Below are positions 58,057 to 64,000 of a DNA stretch of 64,000 nucleotides, one piece after another. A program made the position numbers and the translations under genes. The DNA comes from an uncultured Lachnospiraceae bacterium (GTDB lineage Bacteria > Bacillota > Clostridia > Oscillospirales > CAG-272), in NCBI GenBank assembly GCA_964570825.1, contig CAZMZJ010000008.1, forward strand, positions 24,853 through 88,852, read 5' to 3'. The notes under the pieces are model-generated. The model did not search any database, was not told the DNA's origin, and saw only the letters and a list, made by a program, of their open reading frames with translations. Numbering within the stretch: the first letter of the stretch is position 1; each line of letters starts with the position of its first letter.

Positions 58057-59325
58057 ATGAAGTGCTGTTTCGTTCCGGCCGACATACTGCTGCCGGATTT
58101 CAGGACCACTAACGGGGAGAAGTGGGCGGTTATAGCCTGCGACCAGTTTACAAGCCAGCCGGAATACTGGGAGGAGGCTGCGAGAATAGCGGGGAATTGT
58201 CCGTCAACTCTCAACCTTATTCTTCCTGAGGCTTACCTCGGCGAGGAGAATAGCAGACTGCCTCTCATTGCCTCGCATATGGAGGAGTATCTGAAAAATC
58301 TGCTTATCGAACATAAAAATACAATGATATATCTTGAGCGCACGCAGCCGGACGGCAGAGTGCGCAGGGGAATCGTCGGTGCGGTCGACCTTGAGTGCTA
58401 CGACTGGCGCCCGGGGACCGAAACGCTGGTGCGGGCAACCGAAGGAACCGTGCCGGAGCGGATACCACCGCGCGTGCGGATCCGCAAAAGCGCGCCGCTC
58501 GAGCTGCCGCACATCATGATGCTTGTCGACGATCCCGACAGGAATATCATTGAATACTTCGACGGGCAGAAAGAAAAACTCACCGAAGCGTACGATTTCG
58601 ACCTGATGCTGGGCGGCGGCCATGTGAAAGGCTGGTTTATTGACAGTTCGGACGGCATCAGCCATGTGCAGGAAGGAATAAATGCACTTTCATCTCCGGA
58701 CGCGGCTCTGAAAAAGTACGGCGTCGCCGGAAAACAGCCTCTTGCCATAGCCGTGGGGGACGGAAACCACTCTCTTGCGACGGCAAAGGCGGTCTACGAA
58801 CAACTGAAAGACGAAATCGGAGAAGAGGCGGCAATGTTGCACCCCGCGCGCTTCGCGCTGGCTGAGCTGACGAATATCCATGACAGCGCGCTCGATTTTG
58901 AGCCGATTTACCGGGTGGTGTTCGGAGCCGATCCGCGCGAGCTTATCGGCAGCCTTAAAAAATTCTGCGCCTCTTTGGACGGAGCGGCGTCGCCGCAGAA
59001 AATAACCGCCTTTTACGGCAATAAAAAGGAAAAAATCGAAATCGACAGGCCCGAACATCAGCTCACCGTCGGAACGCTGCAGAAATTCCTTGATATCTAT
59101 GCAAAGAGCCACGAAAACGTGAAAATCGATTATATCCACGGAAAAGACGAGGCGGTGTCGCTTGCGTCAAAGTTCGGTGTAACAGCCTTCATTTTCGACG
59201 GCATGACAAAGGACGACCTCTTCCGCTCGGTTCTGTGCGACGGAGCGCTGCCGCGGAAGACCTTCTCGATGGGTCACGCCGAGGATAAAAGATACTACAT
59301 CGAGGCGAGAAAAATCGTTTTATAA
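58057..59325 (+). CDS. DUF1015 family protein
   Basis: 422 aa. TEGTVPERIPPRVRIRKSAPLELPHIMMLV and VGDGNHSLATAKA resemble the DUF1015 HE.T...R and ADGHHR regions. Confidence 0.6.
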   Translation: MKCCFVPADILLPDFRTTNGEKWAVIACDQFTSQPEYWEEAARIAGNCPSTLNLILPEAYLGEENSRLPLIASHMEEYLKNLLIEHKNTMIYLERTQPDGRVRRGIVGAVDLECYDWRPGTETLVRATEGTVPERIPPRVRIRKSAPLELPHIMMLVDDPDRNIIEYFDGQKEKLTEAYDFDLMLGGGHVKGWFIDSSDGISHVQEGINALSSPDAALKKYGVAGKQPLAIAVGDGNHSLATAKAVYEQLKDEIGEEAAMLHPARFALAELTNIHDSALDFEPIYRVVFGADPRELIGSLKKFCASLDGAASPQKITAFYGNKKEKIEIDRPEHQLTVGTLQKFLDIYAKSHENVKIDYIHGKDEAVSLASKFGVTAFIFDGMTKDDLFRSVLCDGALPRKTFSMGHAEDKRYYIEARKIVL

Positions 59326-59375
59326 TAGAAATCTTCATTTATTTGAAATATTTTTCGGAAATAATTAAAAAACTA

Positions 59376-59404
59376 TTGCAAACAGGTTACAAATATGGTA
59401 TAAT
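59376..59404 (+). promoter_or_regulatory. SigA-type promoter of rpmE
   Basis: TTGCAA, 17 nt, TATAAT with TGn extended -10. Confidence 0.7.
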
Positions 59405-59455
59405 CCTTTGGCATTGTGTGAGTTAATACTTTTTCCATAAAGCGAGGTGTGTAAA

Positions 59456-59668
59456 ATGAAAGAGGGCATTCATCCCAAGTATCAGAAAGCTGTAATCAAG
59501 TGTGCTTGCGGCGAAACTGTCGAGACGAGATCCACTAAGGGCGGGGAAATCAAAGTCGATATCTGCTCAAAGTGCCATCCCTTCTTCACTGGTAAGCAGA
59601 AGTTTGTTGACGCTGGCGGCCGTGTCGATAAATTCAAAAAAAGACTCGGAAACAACAGCGAGAAATAA
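59456..59668 (+). CDS. rpmE: 50S ribosomal protein L31 (zinc-binding type A)
   Basis: MKEGIHPKY...CACG...[16 protein letters not shown] 59456 follows GAGGTG. Confidence 0.95.
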   Translation: MKEGIHPKYQKAVIKCACGETVETRSTKGGEIKVDICSKCHPFFTGKQKFVDAGGRVDKFKKRLGNNSEK

Positions 59669-59711
59669 TGGTCGGCGGCGTTTTCGCACGACTGTTATCG
59701 GCAAATCGAAA

Positions 59712-59758
59712 AGCAGGCAAGGAATGCAGTCCGGCGGACGCATTGCTTGCCGCTTTTC
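59712..59758 (+). terminator. Rho-independent terminator of rpmE
   Basis: ggcaaggaatgc/gcattgcttgcc stem (1 mismatch), followed by gcttttc. Confidence 0.7.
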
Positions 59759-59836
59759 ATAAGGAAAGAAATCCGGACTTCGGGACTTTTATGCCCCGGG
59801 CATATCAAGCCGGACTTTCGGAAACGGAGCGTTTTT

Positions 59837-61099
59837 ATGGAAAAAATCAATATTTCAAAGGCGGTTCTGGCAGGTTTGGTCAAGGACGCAAAGGAAGCCG
59901 AAAAGGAAGAGCGCCTGCTCGACGAGCTTGAGCGGCTGCTTGAAACCGCGGGCGGAGAGGCCGCCGCGCGGATTGTGCAGACAAGGGAAAATCCCGACCC
60001 CGCGACATATTTCGGCATCGGAAAAATTAACGAACTCAAGACCTTCTGCACCGCGAACAATATAGGGCTCGTGGTGTTCGACAGCGAGCTTTCACCTTCG
60101 CAAATTAACAATTTGGAGGAAATGCTCGGCGGCGATATCGAGGTTATCGACCGGTCAATGCTTATACTCGACATTTTCGCCATGCACGCCACGTCGGGCG
60201 AGGGAAAACTGCAGGTCGAGCTGGCGCAGCTCAAATATACGGCGCCGAGGCTTATCGGCAAAGGCAAAAACATGTCAAGGCTCGGAGGAGGAATAGGCAC
60301 GAGAGGCCCCGGAGAGAGCAAGCTCGAAACAGACAGAAGACATCTGAAGAGAAGAATCGCCGCCCTTGAGGCCGAACTCGAACAGCTTGAAAAGAACAGA
60401 GCCACGATGCGCCTCTCGCGCGATAAAAGCGGAATCGTTAAAGCCGCCATCGTCGGATATACGAACGCCGGCAAATCAACGCTTCTCAACCGGCTGACCG
60501 ACGCGGGAATACTTGCCGAGGACAAGCTTTTCGCAACGCTCGACCCTACGACGCGAAAATATACCCTGCCGGGCGGCGAGTGCATCCTACTGACCGACAC
60601 CGTCGGGTTCATACGCAAGCTGCCGCACCACCTTATCGAGGCGTTCAAGTCCACGCTTGACGAGGCGGTCTGCGCAGATATACTGATTATTGTGGTCGAC
60701 GCCTCGGACCCGGAATTCAACGAGCATCTTGAGGTCACCGAAAATCTGCTGGCGGAGCTCGGAGCGTCCGGCAAGCCCACCCTTTATGTCTTCAACAAAT
60801 GCGACCGCGGCGCGCTCGGCGCGGTCCCGTACGTCAATGGTAACTCAAAACAGACGGTTTTTATTTCCGCAACGTCGGGACAGGGAATAGACCAGCTTAC
60901 CGCAAAGCTTGAGGAAATGGTTAAGAACGGCAAAAAGAAAATCAAGTATCTTATTCCGCACAGCGAGGCGGCGGCGCTGAATATACTGTATAAAAACGCC
61001 GCGGTCGAGAACGCTGAGTTCCTTGACGACGGGGTTCTCGTCATTGCGACGGTTGACCGTAAAACACAGGGGTTGATGAAAAAATTCGAAACCGAGTGA
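59837..61099 (+). CDS. hflX: GTPase HflX
   Basis: 420 aa from MEKINISKAVLAGL; HflX N-domain (LSPSQINNLE, RSMLILDIFAMHA), GYTNAGKSTLLN, DTVGF, NKCD. GGAG lies upstream of ATG 59837. Confidence 0.93.
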   Translation: MEKINISKAVLAGLVKDAKEAEKEERLLDELERLLETAGGEAAARIVQTRENPDPATYFGIGKINELKTFCTANNIGLVVFDSELSPSQINNLEEMLGGDIEVIDRSMLILDIFAMHATSGEGKLQVELAQLKYTAPRLIGKGKNMSRLGGGIGTRGPGESKLETDRRHLKRRIAALEAELEQLEKNRATMRLSRDKSGIVKAAIVGYTNAGKSTLLNRLTDAGILAEDKLFATLDPTTRKYTLPGGECILLTDTVGFIRKLPHHLIEAFKSTLDEAVCADILIIVVDASDPEFNEHLEVTENLLAELGASGKPTLYVFNKCDRGALGAVPYVNGNSKQTVFISATSGQGIDQLTAKLEEMVKNGKKKIKYLIPHSEAAALNILYKNAAVENAEFLDDGVLVIATVDRKTQGLMKKFETE

Positions 61100-61111
61100 C
61101 GGAGGTATCCG

Positions 61112-61768
61112 ATGGCAAACAGCGGAAGCGGAAGCGGCAGCAGCAGCGGCGGCGAGCTTTACACTACCATAAAAAACGAAGCGTCTTCTGAATACGAAGA
61201 AAAAAGGTCGGTTTTCATAGGACACGCAAGACCGGTCAAAACCGAGGAGGAAGCCGCGGAATACATCAGAAGCATTAAGGCAAAATACCATGACGCGCGG
61301 CACAATGTTTCGGCGTTTCTGCTCGCCGGCGGCTGCGCGAGATGCTCTGACGACGGCGAGCCGCAGGGCAGCGCCGGCATCCCTGTGCTCGGGTGCATTA
61401 AAAACGCAGGCGTCGTAGACGCCTGCGTTGTGGTCACAAGGTATTTTGGGGGGATTCTGCTCGGCACGGGCGGACTCGCAAGGGCTTACGCCAAAGCGGC
61501 TGCCGCCGCAATCGAGGCGGCAGGCATCGTCGTTTACGAGGCTTACGCCGAAATGAGGCTCCGCTGTCAGTACTCCGATTACCAAAGAGTGCTTTTCGAG
61601 CTTTCGGGAGCTGGGGCGGTGCTCGACGGAACCGATTTTTCCGAATTTGTGACGGTGCGGTTTGCCGTGAAGAAAAAAATTGCGGGAGCCGTCACCGAAA
61701 AGCTGACCGGCATCTGCGAAGGCAGAAGCAGGCCTGAGCTGACCGGCGAAAGATACGGGCTCAGGTAA
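61112..61768 (+). CDS. yigZ: YigZ/IMPACT family protein (UPF0029)
   Basis: EKRSVFIGHARPVKTEEEA..YI..IKAKYHDARHNVSAF and VVVTRYFGGILLG. Has an N-terminal Gly/Ser-rich 14 aa. Confidence 0.85.
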   Translation: MANSGSGSGSSSGGELYTTIKNEASSEYEEKRSVFIGHARPVKTEEEAAEYIRSIKAKYHDARHNVSAFLLAGGCARCSDDGEPQGSAGIPVLGCIKNAGVVDACVVVTRYFGGILLGTGGLARAYAKAAAAAIEAAGIVVYEAYAEMRLRCQYSDYQRVLFELSGAGAVLDGTDFSEFVTVRFAVKKKIAGAVTEKLTGICEGRSRPELTGERYGLR

Positions 61769-61770
61769 GC

Positions 61771-62496
61771 CTATATCAGCTCGAGCATGTCTCCGCGCAG
61801 CTTTTTCAGTATCTTTTTCTCAAGCCGCGATATATATGACTGCGATATGCCCAGAAGGTCAGCTACCTCCTTCTGGGTCATTTCACGTCTGCCGTTAAGT
61901 CCGAAACGCAGCTCGATTATCAGCTTTTCACGGTCGCAGAGCTGCGATACGGCGCGGAGTATCGCCTCGCGTTCCTCGCGCTGCTCGAGATTGTAGGACA
62001 CTGCGTCCTCCTCGCTGCCCAGAATGTCGGACAGCAGCAGTTCGTTGCCGTCCCAGTCGATGTTGAGAGGCTCGTCTATAGATATCTCGCTTCTCACGTT
62101 CCCGCTTTTCCTTATGTACATCAGTATTTCATTCTCAATGCAGCGCGAAGCATAGGTCGCAAGCTTTATGTTTTTGTCTGAGCGGAAGGTGTTTATTGCC
62201 TTGATGAGCCCTATCGTCCCTATCGAAACGAGGTCTTCAAGCCCGGTCCCGGCGTTCTCAAATTTCTTGGCTATGTAGACTACAAGCCTTAAATTGTGTT
62301 CGATCAGAATATTCTTGGCTCTCTCCCTGTCAGATGCGCTCCCGCCGCACTCAAGCCTGAGTATTATCTCGGCCTCATCCTCCCGGGAGAGCGGCGCGGG
62401 GAGGGTTTCCGGACCGTTGATATAGAATATGCCACTCTCGCGGCGGCGGAAAAAAATTTTTATCAAATATAATATCAGCTTTGTCAGAAAGTCCAT
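61771..62496 (-). CDS. sigE: Sporulation sigma factor SigE (pro-sigma-E)
   Basis: Very close to the Bacillus SigE pattern: NLRLVVYIAKKFEN, IGTIGLIKAINTF, KLATYASRCIENEILMY, DEPLNIDWDGNELLLSD, GISQSYISRLEK. It has an N-terminal pro-sequence and follows spoIIGA. Confidence 0.95.
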   Translation of the reverse strand: MDFLTKLILYLIKIFFRRRESGIFYINGPETLPAPLSREDEAEIILRLECGGSASDRERAKNILIEHNLRLVVYIAKKFENAGTGLEDLVSIGTIGLIKAINTFRSDKNIKLATYASRCIENEILMYIRKSGNVRSEISIDEPLNIDWDGNELLLSDILGSEEDAVSYNLEQREEREAILRAVSQLCDREKLIIELRFGLNGRREMTQKEVADLLGISQSYISRLEKKILKKLRGDMLELI

Positions 62497-62509
62497 GTTT
62501 TTTACTCCT

Positions 62510-63379
62510 TCATGCGTTCAGCTCGCCGGGAACTATGGCTCCGCAGCCGTCCGGCAGATTGGGGATTAACATCGGGGCGAAAAGCGCCGATACATCGGTT
62601 TCGCCTTTCTCGCCCGCCAGCGTTATGCTGTCCGGTATGATGCCGAGCATAAGACTGCTACCGGATACGGTGACGCTCGGTATAATCCTTATGCGCGTCG
62701 AGTACTTTGCGGGAATGTCAGATATCGCGTCCACCCTGCCCGACAGCACCGCCCGGCTCACCGGCTCCGGCAGAATGGGAAGCGTCGCTTTTATATCGGT
62801 GATTATGACGGGCTTCCCGCTTGCGGGATCGCGGATTATATTGCCGGTGTCGGTAAGCCCGGTCAGAGTGACGCTTTTCTGGTCAAAGACTATCTTTAAT
62901 GTCAGTAGCTTTCGGGAGGCCATCCGTTTCAGTATGCCTCCGCTCTTTATGGCGGCAAAACCGCTTATCAGCGCAAGCAGAAAGAAAAGCCAGGACGATA
63001 TGCTGTCTCCGCCGCTCTGAAGCGGCAGGTCGAAGCGGTTGAGAAGGTTGAAAAGCGCAGTCATGATGCCGCCGAGAGCCGTCGACACAAGACAATATAC
63101 GGCGGTCTCCTTCAGAAACTGCATTTTCTTCCTCCCGCGGCGATGAAAGGTCAGTGCGCACATGAGAACGCAGACGGCGGCGTCGGCAAGCAGCGACAGT
63201 ATTATCCCTATCTCGAAAAATAGAGCTACTACAGAATAAACCCCTCCGATAATCGCCGCAAACGTGATTCTTGCCGGAAGTATCCTGCGGCGAAGAAAGC
63301 GCGCGGTAAGATAAAGGCATAAAAAATCCATGCTGAAATTTATCAGAAACAGCAGGTCCGCATATACTTCCTGACGCAT
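62510..63379 (-). CDS. spoIIGA: Sigma-E processing peptidase SpoIIGA
   Basis: 289 aa; five N-terminal TM segments starting YADLLFLINFSMDFLCLY; C-terminal aspartic protease region LTDTGNIIRDP. Sits upstream of sigE. Confidence 0.9.
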   Translation of the reverse strand: MRQEVYADLLFLINFSMDFLCLYLTARFLRRRILPARITFAAIIGGVYSVVALFFEIGIILSLLADAAVCVLMCALTFHRRGRKKMQFLKETAVYCLVSTALGGIMTALFNLLNRFDLPLQSGGDSISSWLFFLLALISGFAAIKSGGILKRMASRKLLTLKIVFDQKSVTLTGLTDTGNIIRDPASGKPVIITDIKATLPILPEPVSRAVLSGRVDAISDIPAKYSTRIRIIPSVTVSGSSLMLGIIPDSITLAGEKGETDVSALFAPMLIPNLPDGCGAIVPGELNA

Positions 63380-63429
63380 ATCCCACCCCGCCGCATATAA
63401 TTATTGTTGCGCGTAATACAACTGCTATA

Positions 63430-63463
63430 ATTATACGATTTCATGGTGTTTTTTTATGTCGCA
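63430..63463 (-). promoter_or_regulatory. Candidate spoIIG-type promoter: TATAAT with an over-long spacer and a 0A-box-like element at the -35
   Basis: Minus strand GCGACA, 21 nt, TATAAT, about 50 nt upstream of the spoIIGA ATG. The plus-strand TGTCGCA matches the Spo0A box TGTCGAA at 6 of 7 positions. Confidence 0.4.
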
Positions 63464-63682
63464 CCAGAGAACGGCCGCGGGGATTATTATTGCCGCGCGG
63501 CGTCATGTTTGAGCGGGACTCGGCGCAAAACAAAAAATTAAATAAAAATATTGCACAATTTATAAATTTGCGCGAATAAAAAAGTAAAACCGCATTCTTT
63601 TGCGTATATTATGAAATAAAGTGATGATATCCGGAAATGCCGCGTCGGCGGCGTTAGCTTTCTGAAAAGAGGTGCTTTCGGT

Positions 63683-64000
63683 ATGGAAAACATATGCGCT
63701 CTTTTCCTCGAAAGGGAAAAGAACACTTTGTCGAAATATGCCTTTCTTACCTGCAATACGCGCGGGCGGGAACATCCGTATGTGCCGTCTGAGGTGCGAA
63801 CCGAGTTCCAGCGCGACCGCGACAGGATTATCCATTCGCAATCCTTCAGGCGGCTGATGAACAAAACTCAGGTCTTCCTCGCGCCTGTCGGAGACCACTA
63901 CCGCACGCGTCTTACCCATACACTTGAGGTTACTCAGGTCGCAAGAATTATCGCGCGCGCGCTCTGCCTTAACGAAGACTTGGCCGAGGCTGCCGCGCTC
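63683..64000 (+). CDS. dgt: dGTP triphosphohydrolase-like HD-domain protein, N-terminal 106 codons (continues beyond window)
   Basis: Translates MENICALF...[69 protein letters not shown], the Dgt N-terminal signature. The frame is open to the window edge, so it is not in the ORF track. Confidence 0.88.
   Translation, partial: MENICALFLEREKNTLSKYAFLTCNTRGREHPYVPSEVRTEFQRDRDRIIHSQSFRRLMNKTQVFLAPVGDHYRTRLTHTLEVTQVARIIARALCLNEDLAEAAAL

Noticed and set aside
61112-61160. agcggaagcggaagcggcagcagcagcggcggc short tandem repeat
   Set aside because: It encodes a Gly/Ser-rich N-terminal tail of YigZ (NSGSGSGSSSGG). It is a coding low-complexity tract, not a repeat element or CRISPR. It might vary in length, but there is no evidence of that here.
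59695-61585. 361-aa and 246-aa minus-strand ORFs across hflX and yigZ
   Set aside because: They are Ser/Ala/Arg-rich antisense shadows of well-supported plus-strand genes (the HflX G-motifs and the YigZ signature).
63729-63735. Perfect Spo0A box TGTCGAA
   Set aside because: It lies inside the dgt coding region, about 350 nt from the spoIIGA start. This is most likely a chance occurrence of a 7-mer.
1-64000. Mobile elements, prophage, defence islands, CRISPR arrays
   Set aside because: There are no transposase, integrase or recombinase ORFs, no inverted terminal repeats, no direct-repeat arrays, and no tRNA-flanked insertion. Gene content is core housekeeping and sporulation throughout. The last 12 kb seems somewhat more GC3-rich, with more antisense shadow ORFs. 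I could not compute composition, and the genes there are core genes (ask, rpmE, hflX, sigE).

Overview
This is a 64 kb chromosomal core segment from an endospore-forming Firmicute, most likely class Clostridia. That assignment rests on ylbJ, yqfC-yqfD, spoIIGA-sigE, an IspH-S1 fusion and a cmk-plsC-ispH/rpsA arrangement. I call about 58 protein genes. They include the end of the alpha ribosomal operon (rpsK-rpsD-rpoA-rplQ), yqfC-yqfD-phoH-ybeY-era-recO-mutS2, a racemase-murE pair, uvrA, an amino-acid ABC importer, an aconitase-IDH operon, a Dlt-like cluster, rdgB-yhbY-nadD-yqeK-LCP-rsfS-leuS, rpsU (absent from the ORF track), aspartate kinase, rpmE, hflX, yigZ and a partial dgt. I saw no rRNA, tRNA, CRISPR array, transposase or integrase. 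The one structured RNA I can support is a complete T-box leader on the minus strand (about 53824-54127). Its specifier is CUC (Leu), and it sits directly upstream of a YngI/ACSF2-like acyl-CoA synthetase rather than an aaRS, biosynthesis or transporter gene. This is the most interesting observation in the window. Two other leads stand out. First, a DltA-like/carrier protein/MBOAT cluster has no DltD, and a membrane-anchored transglutaminase-fold protein occupies the adjacent slot. Second, an Asp/Glu-family racemase is translationally coupled to a MurE whose DAP-recognition motif reads DNPD instead of DNPR, next to a short ORF that looks like an ATP-grasp ligase N-terminal remnant. Many intergenic regions carry perfect or near-perfect TTGACA-N16/17-TATAAT promoters and clear Rho-independent terminators. 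All product calls come from motif and synteny recognition by eye; no database search or folding program was run. Start codons were revised from the ORF track where RBS spacing or gene overlap argued for it.
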